Shown here: positions 1 to 13,977 of the stretch, piece by piece
Numbering within the stretch: the stretch's first letter is position 1
How the letters are laid out: every line of letters starts with the position of its first letter
Source: Callorhinchus milii
Lineage: Eukaryota
DNA length: 64,000 bases
NCBI RefSeq assembly: GCF_018977255.1
Contig: NW_024704742.1
Span: 79,982,001 to 80,046,000 of the forward strand
Reading direction: 5' to 3'
Program-made: the position numbers and the translations under genes
The notes under the pieces: generated by a model
Seen by the model: only the letters and a program-made list of their open reading frames with translations
What the model was told of the DNA's origin: nothing
Databases searched by the model: none

Positions 1-256
1 TACCTTCTGAGTAAAGACAAACTTCCGGGTGTTGCTCTTTGCAAATCTAAACCCGTTTCTTCTCCTTCTACTGTTTTGGTGGCATCCAAAAGTATTGTTC
101 TGGGTTTACGTTTCAATACCATCTAAAATGTCATACACCTCCATGAGGTCCCCCTGAGTCATCTTCTCACAAGACTGAAGATCCCTAACTTGTCTCTGTG
201 ATGTGCTTCGAACCTGTTTGTCTTTGTAATTCATTCAATTCTGTTTCCTTTTACAG

Positions 257-289
257 CTTGAAGAACAAACTCTGGGTGAATGAGTTCAG
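257..289 (+). CDS. ABCA1: ABCA1 internal exon (33 bp, equivalent to human exon 33)
   Basis: ttttacag|...|gtaggt; encodes LKNKLWVNEFR, like human SLKNKIWVNEFR; upstream exons lie outside the window. Confidence 0.93.
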
Positions 290-934
290 GTAGGTTAACA
301 CTACTTAGGCTTGTACCTATATCTGTGCTGTTTGAAACATTTAAGTAGGCATCTCGTGGGGAATAGGGAACAGACTTTACCTAGGCCAGGGAGGGAATGA
401 GCATCACACGACATGTACTTTGCAGAGGAGAAAATTTTGCATGTGATACTGTCATAACCACCCAGTCAGTAGATACACAATTAGTTGAGGGTCATCACTG
501 GCTCAGGTATGGGCTAAGGCACAAATACTCTATAAACACAAAACAAACAAGCTCAGCTGTCAAGGTTATGGGATTTGTTTGGGTAATGACAACAACAACA
601 ATCTTACATTTATATACTGCCTTTCAGCTCAGGAGCTTCTGAGAGCCAACTGGGAGCTCAAACTGGGGGTGGGGACAGCTGAGGAAGGTCGGGGAGGGGT
701 TTTGAGAAAGGTGGCCAAAAAGCTTGATTGAAGAAAAAAGACTTAAAAGTGGGGTTTTGAGGTGGGGAGGGAGGGGGCGAGGCAAAAGGTCTCCAGGATG
801 AAGTTGTGGAGAGTGGGGGTAGGGGGCAGAATGGATGGAAGCTCGGCCACCGATGGATTCGTATCATGCTGGTGTGTGCCCTGAGAGTGCTTAGGCTACA
901 AGGAGCTGCAGCTGATGTGTTCTGTGTTCCACAG

Positions 935-1040
935 GTATGGAGGCTTTTCACTGGGTGGGCGCAATTCTCAAATTCAATCAAGTGGGGAAGAAATTGGTGA
1001 CGCCATACTGAAACTGAATAAGATGCTCGGCATGACGCAG
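935..1040 (+). CDS. ABCA1: ABCA1 exon (106 bp)
   Basis: ccacag|...|gtcagt; YGGFSLGGRNSQIQSSGEEIGDAILKLNKMLGMTQ; phase continues from previous exon. Confidence 0.93.
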
Positions 1041-2353
1041 GTCAGTGTTGGATTGAAACACTCATGCTCTATCAGGTTCTCGAATTATCTCAGTCAATAG
1101 TGTGGAAAGTCTAGACTTGTATCATCAATAAGAGATGTGTGAACAAGTGAGAGCAAGCGGTTACAGACCTGAGCTTCACCTGGGCTCTGACTTCAAACAT
1201 ATATGCACGAATACTGCCTCCACCTTCCAAATAAGGATCCCACTCAAAAAAGACAGAAATATGTCAACAACAACAACTTGCACTTATGTAGCACCCTCCA
1301 CGCCGGGCGGCGTTTCAGAGCGTTTAACAATAGCGGAGCAAGGGGCAGGGGAAGTGATCGTATTCATGGTCGAAAAGGAGGGTCTTCAGGCGTGACCTGA
1401 AGATGGGGAAGGAGGGGGTGAGGCGAAGGGGTTGAGGGATGTCAAAATTATGTTAGCCAGGTCCCATGGAGAAATCGCCAGAAACGCATTAAGTCACAGT
1501 TCCAGTCACCAGAAGGAATCCCCATGTGTGTCTCAAATTGAGATATCCTGATTGAAAGTGTCACATTTGAGACTGCAGCGTGGCTTTGCACTTTGGCAAA
1601 ATCAGAAGATCACAGGAAGATAACCCTTTGATTCACTTGATCAAAAAATCCAAAATACCCACCCGACCATCCTCACATACCAGTATCCAATGGTTTCCTG
1701 AATGAGCGCAGCATCTTAGCTCAAACACCCCTCCCGATAGCCTTTTCCAATTGTAAATTCCATCTGTGTAAAGAAATGCTTCTTTGTGTCAGTTCATGAA
1801 TTGACGGCCATATTCCACTACACCGTCCTGAGGCCAAGTGTGGTTCAGTAGCACCAAGTCCAAACTAACTGCAATCAGATTCTTTTGATTCCCCTCGTTT
1901 GATTCTTGGTATGATTTGGTTCACTTGCTAGTTTTGAATACAATTCACATATGCTTCCTCACTAAACCAGCTGCTATATAGAGGAATTCAGTAGAAGATC
2001 ACCAAGTTGGTGAATGGATTTGGGAATGAGAACGCCTTATCTCCTGTGTACAGGATAGCACGCTCTGAGCTCGGATCTGTTTAAACTGATAAGCTTCTCC
2101 TCTTGTATATTATCCAGACTCATGTGTGCTACTTCCTGGGACATACAGGAAAGCACCCTGTATGCTCTGTGTTGAGAGAGAGCATTGTTCTGCTCTATGA
2201 AGTACTGTAGACCATAGAAAGCACACAGTGGCAAAGGGGGCAATCAATTGCTTAAATAAAACAATCTATTTGAAATCACTGGGGAGCAGACCCAGATCAG
2301 CTGCTGGGTAAAATGGTTTTAAATGTTTAACTTGTTCAACATTCAACATACAG

Positions 2354-2428
2354 GGTGCATCTGGAGAACGATTCCTGAAAAGTATCTCAAAGTTTATGAT
2401 AGGACTACACACAAAGGATAATGTGAAG
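2354..2428 (+). CDS. ABCA1: ABCA1 exon (75 bp)
   Basis: atacag|...|gtaaga; GASGERFLKSISKFMIGLHTKDNVK, like human [21 protein letters not shown]. Confidence 0.92.
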
Positions 2429-2628
2429 GTAAGACATGGTCTTTAGTATTTATGAATTGTCATGTGTTTCATGCAGTCAAGTATTTTGATATTAGCATCA
2501 CTCTCACGACCAGCCATTTCCTTGCTTTTTTTTTACCTGTACACTATTGGTTAGACTCCAGCAGTACCCCAACTCACACTCTGGGGTCCCCAAACTTTGT
2601 TTTTTTGCCAACCTATGCCTAATACAGA

Positions 2629-2998
2629 ATGGCCTTGCCCCCTCCTACCTCTCTGACCTGCTGACTCCCTACCAACCTGCCCGCTCCCTCCGTTCATCAG
2701 GCTCCAGTCTGCTCCATGTCTCCCGCCCTACCATTAGTGGCCGGGCTTTCAGCCTCTGTGCCCCCACACTCTGGAACTCCATCCTACGATCCCTTCGCCT
2801 CGCTTCCTCCCTTGCATCCTTCAAGGCCGGTCTCAAGCCCCTTCTCTTTGATCGTGCCTTTTGTCTCCCTTCCACCTCTCTGCCTTCCCTCACCCCTACA
2901 CCACCTCTCCCCCATGCTCGGGCCCCGAAACCTGACTGTTCAGTGCTTTGGAACATCCTCCGGATGTGAAAAGCGCTCTATAAATGTAATTTTGTTGT
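2629..2998 (+). mobile_element. L2 3' fragment; others at about 590-905(-), 1266-1440(-), 4710-5140(+), 7740-8150(-), 26760-27110(-), 29873-30070(-), 31092-31410(-), 36190-36640(+), 50525-51025(-), 60975-61390(+), 61865-62070(-), 63075-63430(-)
   Basis: GLAPSYLSDLLTPYQPARSLRSS...APTLWNS...FKAGLKPLLF motifs and the shared 3' tail. Confidence 0.82.
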
Positions 2999-4138
2999 TC
3001 GGTAAAGCAGGAATGGAATTGAGTGCCCATTCCATTCCAACAATCTATCTCTGAGATTTCCATATGCAGGTGGGATACATGGAAATCTCAGCTTAGTTTG
3101 GGTACTCTTAAGCATGGTGATGGGTTTCCGCACGTGTCAGACACCCGGCTGCTGACCAAAAAACCCTGCTTTTGGCACTTATCAAATGCAAGGATTATTA
3201 TTTACTCCCGTGAAGACTCCTGTTACCAGTGCCAGCCATTTCTGTGCACTGTGACACTGAATGAAGTAATAAAGGTCACTCATGATTTTAATCATAATGC
3301 CAGCCTATTAGGCTCCTCAAAAATATAATTTCAATTACTTTTTTTATTAAAAATTCCTGTTTACAACCTGAATACGTTTGCAGCATTAAAATCTGGAGAA
3401 TGAGAGAAATGCCATACAAACTATAGTGTAAATGAAAACTAAGATGTAACCCATTTTCTCCTGTTATTATGCTCCTATTTTCCTGAAAATTATTCTTCTC
3501 ATCACATGTAACTGATTTCTAAATGCTCCTGACTGCATATTATTAGTTGTTAAAGTTGATTGATTGTTATACTAATTATTATTATTATTGTCTGTATAAT
3601 TTCCTCACTTCGACTGATTGACTTTTTTGCCAACATGTACAGGGTGACCAAAATCATGATTCCATTACAATTTCTAATCAGTCTTAAAGAAATTATGATT
3701 TTTATTTAGACAATAGGGTAGGTATATTTGCTACCCTATTAGGAATTTTTGTCACCCTGTATTTTTTTTTGCCATTATGCATTAATATATAATTTGTAGA
3801 ATTTTTTACCAGAGTAATTGCATTTCTAAAAAATCCAGAATACTGAAGAATGCATTAAATAATGTAATAAACCAGAAAAAAATTCTTGAGCACACAAAAT
3901 GTTTTAGACATTCAATAATTACACATTTCTTAGTCAGATTTGTTAATGTTCCTCCCTTGGACATTTCTAAATAAACAGGAAGATGAGGAAAGGAATCCAT
4001 TGGCACATGGGGGGAGAATAATATCTAAAGCAGAATTGTACTGATACTTCAGTTAAAATTTCTTACATTATTAATTGTCCTTCATGACTATTGAAGTGTG
4101 ATATTTATTTACACTGTCTAAATGGTTCTGCCATCCAG

Positions 4139-4308
4139 GTTTGGTTTAACAACAAAGGCTGGCATGCCATAGGAGCCTTTCTGAATGTCATGAACAATGC
4201 TATTCTGCGTGCAAGTCTACCAGAGGGAAAAGACCCCAGTGTGTATGGGATCACAGCCTACAATCATCCACTCAATTTGACCAAAGAGCAAATCTCCGAG
4301 GTAGCACT
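4139..4308 (+). CDS. ABCA1: ABCA1 exon (170 bp), end of second extracellular domain
   Basis: atccag|...|gtaagt; [25 protein letters not shown]...[15 protein letters not shown]. Confidence 0.96.
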
Positions 4309-5889
4309 GTAAGTATCTGCTCCCATTGCCGTCAATCACTAAATATTGTTTTGCCCAGATTAAGAAAATGGGAGTGAATTTTGTTGTTTTCTAATGATTC
4401 AGTGTGATACCACAGCGAATGCATTATGGAACCATTTTCATTTCTTCTTGTTAAATAATTATCACCTGGCTTATTCTCCCCCACTCCTGAATTGCCTGTG
4501 TTGAGCTCATCTATTTTTTGAAACCTTTTAGCAACATTGGGCATAATCATAGAAGTTACCAAGTAGTAATTTGTGGAGTTTCATAACACATTCAATTGCT
4601 ATTCATCATTTCAACTGCATTATTATACAAAGCAAATTTCACCCCATGAATTTCTTTACAAATAATGCATAACATCTTTTGTTTGGAGTGAAATGTTGCA
4701 TTTTGTCATTCCATCCCTCAGAAGATTGAGTTCAAAATCCTCGTCTTCACCTTTGAGGCTCTCCACGGCCTTGCCCCGTCCTACCTCTCCAACTTGCTAA
4801 ACCCTTATCAACCTGTCCACTCCCTCAGCACAGCCTGTTCCATGTGCCCAGCCCGCCCCACCATCGCCGGTCAGGCCTTCAGCCCCTCTGCCCCCACCCT
4901 CTGGAACTCCATCCCACATTCCCTTCGCCTTGCTCACTCCCTTGCCTCCTTCAAGGCATGCCTCAAGCCCCTCCTCTTTGACCATGTCTTCGGCCACACT
5001 CCTATCCTCTCTGCCCTCCACCCTTCTTGATCCCAACACTCCCCCCGCCTGCTTGGGCCCTAACCCCTGACTGTCCAGCACCTTGGGCTGTCCTCCTGAC
5101 ATGATAGACGCTTTACAAATGTACTTCTGTATTGTATTATGGGTTTGTACTGACTGCTTGATGGTTCAGATTGCCCTTACTGGTACAGTGCTTTATAGGT
5201 GGTTTCTCATAAGCATCAGAAATGTAACTACAGAATTTTGAGGAAAATAAAATGCATAAATTGCAAATGGCTCTGAGGATATTCTCCTGGGCTAAATTCT
5301 CAGTGAGTTTTCTTAATTAAGAAATTAAGACCATGGGGAATGCTGTTGCAACTCAAATACCGTAACATTTACCCCAGTGTTTATGAAAACGCAGGAATTT
5401 GCACTGCAGCAGATAGAGTGTTTACTGCTGGGATTTTCTGAGTGCTTTTTATTTTCTGATAAACATTTGATATGTTGATCATAATGAGCACGATTAGTAA
5501 GGTGGAGACAACATAGTGGAGTTCTTCATCTGTTTGCACACATCGAGGGAAGAGAAGTGCCAAGCATTGTATCAGGACTTGTATCTCTTCAGTAATCCCA
5601 GTATGGCCTGAAATGTTATCTGATGAGGCTTGTTAAACCAAAGAAAAGCCCTCAGATTGTCAGTATTGCGTTGAAAACTGTCTGGCTCATACCCCCAACG
5701 ATATGGTCCCTTCACTTCTCATACAGCAGTATTGTTTGGTCTCCTTTAGTGGATGAATTCTCTATGGATGATGTACTTGTATCAAAGTACAGAAGAGAAC
5801 TGGGGAGAGCGAAGGGAACATTAAATCTTGATTAATGTAACTATTGTACATACTCAACATTGCAATGAGATGGATTGTTTGTGTTGTAG

Positions 5890-6067
5890 GATGACAACTT
5901 CAGTGGACGTTCTGGTCTCCATCTGTGTGATCTTTGCCATGTCCTTTGTGCCAGCAAGCGTTGTGGTTTTCCTGATTCAGGAGCGGGTCACCAAGGCCAA
6001 ACACATGCAGTTCATCAGTGGGGTGAAGCCAGGTGTCTACTGGTTGGCAAACTATGTATGGGATATG
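5890..6067 (+). CDS. ABCA1: ABCA1 exon (178 bp), TMD2
   Basis: ttgtag|...|gtaagt; [59 protein letters not shown]. Confidence 0.96.
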
Positions 6068-7384
6068 GTAAGTTTGTTGTGACTTTTCACCCACCTCTGC
6101 AATGTTTCTATTATTATTCTACTAATAATTATTCTATTATTATTATACTCCTCCGAGCAGGAGCTTACAGCCTGTTTTAGATCATCAGTAGAGAGCCTCG
6201 AAGTAAGCACGTGTTTGTATATCTGCTGCAGTTGTCAACAGACATTTTATTGGCCTGAGAGAATTACCTATTACATGTTTCACTCTATCTGTGTGATCTT
6301 CTCCAGCTCTATGTCCAGTCTGTACTCTGCTCTACTGAATTCAGTTTACTGCTCGTGCCCACTTACCTCTGTTCCTCCATTGGAGTCTGAATCTTCAGTC
6401 ACCAGGCACCATAAATCTTGCATTTGATATCGTGCCTTTCACATCAGAAGGACATCTCAAAATGTTTCACAGGATTTACTGTAGTTTGTAAAATTATTAT
6501 TGTTTTACTCTCTAAATGAAAGGCGGTATTAAGAGTCACGCATCAGGTACTTCTGTATCTTTAGTGAAGATAGTATTTGCCAAAATGAGGTATTGGAAGA
6601 AAACTTAAAATATATAATTCTCATTTTAACAGATCAAACAAGAGATTCATTTTTTGAATCAGGATTAACCATAGTTCTTTTCCCTCGTTAATTATTAATA
6701 CTCTTCAGTGGTCGACCTAATGAACTATATTAAAGTACAAGTAATGTGGACTGTGTCCTGCTTGCTTAACTGTAGATTATCACTGGATGAATTTGCAGTG
6801 ATTGTGTCACAGTCCTACTTTGCTGACCATGGCCATCAACACCAGACTGAGAGCAGTTATTGTAAAAGGAATAGATCGCAGGCAGTGAGATCACAAGATT
6901 AGTTCAGATAAAGAAGGCCAGTCCGCCAATCTGATCTTATGCTTCCACACACCCAGCCCACCGTCCGTCCATCACAACAACCAACTTTTTTTAAATAAGT
7001 CCAATGTCTTGGCCTCAACCAATCTTCCTAACAACCTGTTCCAGTCTCAAAGCAGCAATCTCATCCCACGACTCATAAATGATTAGGAGGAGCGCCACTT
7101 AGCCTGTAGCACCAATTTATTGGATCATGATAGATCTTTTAATACAATTTCCCGCCTTTTCTCTCTATATTCCCCACTTAACAAGTATCTGTTTAATATC
7201 TTGTTTTAAACATTCCAATCGGTTCTGACTTTATGACCATATGGGGCAGCCTTCCACATTTTTACAACTCTCTTGTGAAAAACCAGTTTTTTGAGCTCAC
7301 TTTCAACCATCGCTGTTCTAATTTTAAGAATATCTCTTGTTTTGAATCCCTCTACCAGAGGGAAGAGTCATCCATTATCTAGCT

Positions 7385-7460
7385 CATGGCAACTTGTGGC
7401 CGGTGTGACTATTTTACGCACGTGTAATATGGCCCGAGGACCGCAATTTGGCCTTCCCTG
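7385..7460. mobile_element. Tiny hAT-like non-autonomous element inside a CR1 remnant (about 7190-7730)
   Basis: 8-bp direct repeat ATCTAGCT at 7377-7384 and 7461-7468; right end TTTGGCCTTCCCTG. Confidence 0.6.
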
Positions 7461-8196
7461 ATCTAGCTTGTCAATTCCCTTCATTATTTAAACATCTAAA
7501 TTAGATAATCCCTTAACCCCCTCGTTTCAAAGGAAGACAGATCAAGTCTACTCAGCCTCTCCCATAGCTAAACCTATTTACCCTAGGTATTAATTGAGAG
7601 CACCTTCACTTGACATCCTCCAAAACTAGTAAAAGTTCTTAAGGTTTGGTGCACAAAAGTGAATACAATATTTTCCAAGTGTGGTTTAACATGCTCACTC
7701 TATAGCTGAAGCAGTACTTTGTTTTTGCATTATATAATAATACAATACCAGTTTACATTTATATAACCCCTTTCATATCTGTAAGCTGTCACAACGTACA
7801 GGACTGTGTAAGGTTTGCACCCAAGCTGGAGATGAGGGCTGACACGAACAAGGGGAGAGGGGAATGATGGCTAAAAGTGTGGTCAAAGAAGAAAGTGTTG
7901 AGGTGGACCTTGAAGGGGCCAAATGAAGCGGCGAGTCAAAGGGATGGAGTTCCAGAGAGTGGGAGCAGATATGTTGAAAGTCAGACTGCTGATGGTGAGG
8001 TGGGTGGGGCAGGGGACGTGAAGAAAATGTGGCAAAGAAGCAGGTTGGTGCCCACTGAGTAGGGGGAGCGACCAGATTTGTCGGTTTTCAGAAGGTCACA
8101 GAGGTAGGTTGGGGCAAAACCATGCAAAATTTATTCTCTTAATTCTCTGAGGACCATGATGTCACCTAAAGCTCCTTGAACAGCTTATTTACTGTT

Positions 8197-8519
8197 GTGG
8201 AGTCCTGTAGCTCAGTGGTTAGAGCACTTGCTTTGCAAGCGAGAGACCTGAGTTCAATTCCAGGCACAGGGCGAAACCTTGGGCAAGTTTCCTTACTCCA
8301 CACACCTAATAATAATCCCTCCAAAAAACAAAACAATAATAAATTGGTCATTTTTAATCTACTACTGTTTGTGGGACATTGCTGTGCGCAATTGGCTGCC
8401 GCGTTCGCCCACAAATATACAGTCAATTCACTTTACAGTGTGTTCTGTGAAGCGCTTTGGGACGTCCTCCTGACGTGAAAAGCGCTATATCATATGCAAG
8501 GATTATTATTATTATTATT
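8197..8519 (+). mobile_element. Full-length tRNA(Ala)-head SINE with Deu-like core and L2-type tail, short subfamily
   Basis: A-box TAGCTCAGTGG, B-box-like AGTTCAATTCC, TGC anticodon loop, core GGGACATTGCTGTGCGCAATTGGCTGCC, (TTA)n tail; near-identical copies elsewhere in the window. Confidence 0.88.
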
Positions 8520-9362
8520 TCCATTTACTGTCATTGATCTCGGTTTGATACTGTATTCATGCTGTAGCCAATTACAGCCACTGTGTTTACATAGTATGCT
8601 GCTGCGCTCTAGTGGTAGGAGTCAGCACGACCTCTGGTGCATACTTTCCACAGCTGCCACCTTTATTCCCTTCTCAATTTGTAAAGATGTTGGTAAAACT
8701 TCCCAGCATGAAACTAACCAGGAAGGTGTCATCCTCAATCCTGCTCTACATTAGGTAATTAATCCTAACTTGGGTTATTGGGGCAGATATTGTTGTTGGA
8801 AAGTGCACGTGGGTTGGAAAGACAAAGACAAGATCAGGCAGTCTGCCAACATTTAGTGTTTGGGCTAGGATATGAAGAATGGCAACTTTGGTTAGACCCC
8901 ATACGGAAGCCAATAATAATAATCCTTGCATTTGATACAGCGAGTGTGCAAACAACCCTCATTGAGACATCTCAAAGCGCGTCACACAGTATATTGTAAA
9001 GTGGATTGACTGTATTTTGTAGATGAAACACAGCAGCCAATTGCACACAGCAGTGTCCCACAAACAGTCTTGGATTGAATGGGAGTGGTATCAAATCCAC
9101 GAATGTGTCACCATCTTCAGTAGGTGACTTAGAGAGGATTTGCAATAGATTGACAGGTCTTCATTTCCAACTCTCTTTGGGTCTTCTCAGTGTCTCTACA
9201 TTAGTACAGTATAGTATTTGCAGAGCACAAGGTCCCGAAGACTTTAGCAGAACAGAACGGGACTGAATTGTACAGTTGTTAATAACGTATCTTTAAAAAT
9301 GAACTTAAGCCAATGGTTAACGTTTTGTATGACAGAGAGCTGCAAAGAATCCTTCCTGATGA

Positions 9363-9533
<171 letters not shown>

Positions 9534-10222
9534 TAAGTTGGTGGCTAGCACTAGATGACTTTACCAAGAATGAGAAACCCTGTTATAAGCACTGGAAGCA
9601 AACAGTGCATGTTTTACCCCACACAGACAAATTCACAATGTTTTCTGAATTGAGAAGAACAGTTCTTATACCTAATAATAATAAGTCTGTTCGTTTGCAA
9701 TATACATGTTGTGATGAATTATTTTTACTCCGCACAAGACTGGAAACCTCGACCTTCCATGCCTGTATGGCTCAGTTTCACTTTGGTTAGTGGCTTTAGC
9801 AACAAAATCATCATCATCATCATCATCACTATTCCCTTTCTTAAAGGATCCAAACAATTCTCAATTTTATTTGTTACAATACAATAATATACATTTACAT
9901 AAACAATTTACATTTATATAGCACCTATCACATTCGGAAGGATATCTCAAAGTGCTGCTGTCTGGACAGATAGGAATAGGGCAGGAGACATGAAACAGGC
10001 ATTCATACCCCCATCCTATCCCCCAGTGTTTGCTGAGTGTTTGGGTCAGTAGGGTTGGAGGAGGAAGATCATGGGGTGAGACCAAGGAGGGAATTCAAGG
10101 TGAAAACAAGGATCTTGAATTTGATCTGCTATTTCAGATCTGTTGTTTCTTGCTCATTACATAGAATGCTATGTAATGGTGTGGCTGTGTATTGTAACTG
10201 TGGGCTCTACATGTACTTGCAG

Positions 10223-10367
10223 GTGGTCCATCACTCCATTGATGTATCCGGCATCATTTGTTTTCCGAATCCCCAGCACAGCCTATGTGATATTGACCAG
10301 TGTGAATCTGTTCATCGGTATAAACGGCAGCATTGCCACCTTTGTACTGGAGCTGTTCAGCAATAAT
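10223..10367 (+). CDS. ABCA1: ABCA1 exon (145 bp), TMD2
   Basis: ttgcag|...|gtaagg; [48 protein letters not shown]. Confidence 0.96.
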
Positions 10368-11516
10368 GTAAGGAACCAGCAAGATATGTTTGTTTACTGT
10401 ACTTCAAAACCCTTACAAAATGGGGCACGGCCAGAACAATGCCGGAGCTGATGTTTGCTTAGTTTGATAGCAGACTGAAATCAGAGAAGTTATCGATTAA
10501 CAACAATGCACACCTTGATGGTTCTACTAGTTTGATAAATACATATTACTGATCTAATGTTTTATTTTGGGAGGTGTGAGGTGTAAATCATATGTTTGAT
10601 ATGCTGGCATTATCACAGGTACTAGAAAGAGGTAGTTATTATTAATAATAATTGTTGCATTTATTGAAATAGCATCTTTCACATTGGGAGCAAAGTGCAG
10701 TGATTGTGTAGTCTGTGGGTGGCATTTGCACTGCAGTACACATTATCATACTCTGGGGTTTGATTAGCACTGAAAAGGATAGTATGACTGTAAAGGAACA
10801 TAGATATACAGAACAGGAAATGACCATTGAAGTCTATTCTGGCTGGTCCCCAAATAACAAGTAAATCAGCACTCCTCTGTAGTTGTGATTATATAACAAC
10901 ACGATTTGCAGATAAAGACCCTTATGTTGCAAATAGCCATTCCTGATGATAATTGGATTGTATTGGTGTCTGACTCAAGTAGGTCTTCTTATGATTGCAT
11001 TGGAAACATTACCAAATAGATGTGTCTCAACCACAATGCATTCGTAAGAAGTCATCTTTTCAGTGCAAGTCAATGTACTGAGCTGCAAATTTCATTCCAC
11101 AAAATGCAAAGTCACTATATTAGACACGATCAGGTGCAACACTTTGATTCTGTCTCTATTGGCCATGAACATTTCAGGTGACCCACATTCTCTTAATCCC
11201 TTAAATGTGCAAAGCTTTCCCATTTTATTATCAAATTTGATTTGATCACTTATTTCTGCACTACAGATGTCAATGTATTTTCATGGCTGAGAGCAATACA
11301 TCGACATCCTTAGAGCAGTAGCGAATGCAGTGTAATAGCTGTGTAAATAACTGACAGGTCATGGTTTGGGCCATCAGATAAATATAATTTTGTTTGCTTT
11401 TATGGAGCACTGAATTAAAACTAAAACAATTCTGTTTCACCTCTTTCTTCCCCTCGTCCTGGTTTAATATTTCCAGCTAACTCTAAATAATCATTGGTTG
11501 TTTAATTGATTGCTAA

Positions 11517-11666
<150 letters not shown>

Positions 11667-12944
11667 TGATTGATGATCTGCATTTTGAGGACAGTAGATT
11701 CTGAAAACCTATTTTGAAGTCCCTGCTGTTAGTTACCCTGCCTTAAAGTGTCACAACTCACATTTTATTTCCTTAAAAATAGAAATCATGTTATAATAAT
11801 AATGTGATAAATCATTGTATTTGATACAGTGTCTTATCACGTCATCACAGTATCTCAAAGTACTTCACAGGATTTTACTGTGAAGTGTAGGCGAATGCGG
11901 CAGCCTATTTGCACAGAACAATGTCCCACAAATAGTCTCGAAGTGCATGACCAATTTTATTTGGAGATTGTAGGCCTGGACACTGGGAGAAATTCTCTTC
12001 TCTTTTTGAATAGTGCTGTGATCACTGGAGACATGGATTTAATATCCACCTGTACAAGCGATGGGCCTCAGTTTAACATATCATCCGATGTAGTACACTC
12101 CCAGCACTGCACTGGAGTGTCAGTCTGGATTGTGGGGCTTGAACCCACAACTGTCTGACTCGGGGCAACAGTACTACCAACTGGGTCAGGCTGACATTGT
12201 GATGTTCATGTGAGATTGTTTTCTGGATTGATTTGGAATCTTTCTGGAGAATATTTTACACCAGTTTTGGTTTCCAGCACTCAAAGTTCAATTTGGGTTA
12301 AGTTAAGGTTGAGATTCCCACTATGCTTCTCACCACTGTTCTTTACCCTAATTTCAAAAAAAAACATTCTCCACTGTAATAAATTTCACACTGGAGCAGA
12401 TTCTTTCCCGAGGCTGTAGTTAAAGCACATTGCTGAGGGAAGGGGAGTTTCTTTGTGCAGCTGGCTCCACATTGATACCAACACAGGAATCCTAAAGAGG
12501 AAAAGTATTCCATTTCCCAGCACTGATGACTAAATTAAAATAACTATTTAGAATGAAAGGGGGTCATAGCTCTCCAGATGCCACCATGACATGAAACATG
12601 CTGCTCAGAATTATTTTGTTCATTTGTTTCTTCTTTCGTTCGTTCTTTTACCTAGTCTTTCCTTCCTTTCTTTCTTTCTTTCTTTCTTTCTTAAACTCAG
12701 TTAATAAGAAGAAAGTACAATACCAATCAGTGACTATAGGTGGTGCTGCTAAGGACAATTATAAGCCTGGCAGCGTTACCTTGAGGCACCTGGGAGTACT
12801 CCAACCCTGGTCATGTTAAAATTAGTAATGGCATATTACTGGGTGAAAAATATAATCTTGTAGAAACATAGTCATTTAAAAGAGAAAATAATTAATTTGG
12901 AGCAGGAATGAGAAGGCTCAGTTTAGGTGGAACTCTCCTGGTGA

Positions 12945-13094
<150 letters not shown>

Positions 13095-13433
13095 TGAGTG
13101 CAGCCCAAACCACAAACTACTGCTTGTTGGTAGGTCGGAGGTACAATAGAGCCAACTGTCCAGCGCCTTGGAACGTGCTCCCGACGTGAAAGGCGCTCTA
13201 TAAATGAAATCTTGTTGTTGTAGACACTTGTCATCTTTGATTCCTTCCAAATTAATGGGTGAAAACGTAAATTAATTTTCGCATTCAGATATATCTCAAC
13301 CAAGCTGATAGACCTTAAAGTGTGTTTGGAGAAGAAGGCAAAAAATCAAGTATTAATTAAAGGCATGCCCCATTTATTAATATTTGGTGTTTAATTAAGG
13401 CTGGAAGAGTAATGACTTTGTGGCTTTATCCAG

Positions 13434-13554
13434 ACCCTCGAATGTAAAGCTGCCACAGCTGACTGATGAAGATGAAGATGTGGCCAGAGAAAGGCAGAGA
13501 ATAATAAGTGGAGGCGGCCAGAACGACATTCTAGAGCTGAAAGGTCTGACCAAG
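13434..13554 (+). CDS. ABCA1: ABCA1 exon (121 bp)
   Basis: atccag|...|gtaacc; [40 protein letters not shown]. Confidence 0.95.
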
Positions 13555-13650
13555 GTAACCTACATGCTGTCCTGCCAAGCCCTCCTCCCATTGAGATAGC
13601 TCTCTGTGGCCATGTTTGCCATTGCTTACCACGGTGATCTTCTGTTCCAG

Positions 13651-13713
13651 GTTTACAGGATGAAGCGGAAGCCTGCAGTAGACAGAGTCTGTGTTGGGAT
13701 ACCCCCTGGAGAG
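13651..13713 (+). CDS. ABCA1: ABCA1 exon (63 bp), after a 96-bp intron
   Basis: ttccag|...|gtaaag; [21 protein letters not shown]. Confidence 0.95.
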
Positions 13714-13977
13714 GTAAAGAGAAGTGCAACTCTACTCTGTTTCAATGCCTTGTTCACTTAGAGTGTGGTGTCCTGTGGAAGTTTGGTACAGCCAACCACA
13801 TATTTTTTGAAGACCAATAGTACCATTAGCATGTTAAACATGATTGAGTTATAGGATGAACTGTAGTTCTTCCTGTACTGATGTCATTAACTAACCCAAT
13901 AGGCTAGTGGCAGTGTGTAGATCTGATGTTTTTGCTTTAGTCAGCTTTCTGATCACAACTCTTTTTTTCTCTCACAG

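Noticed and set aside
8197..8275. tRNA-Ala-like sequences (also at about 20143, 33614, 37670, 53638, 57125)
   Set aside because: They are SINE heads that run straight into the SINE body, without a proper acceptor stem or terminator
12400..12540. Faint resemblance to an LF-SINE-like ancient repeat
   Set aside because: Similarity recalled from memory only; cannot be supported without an alignment
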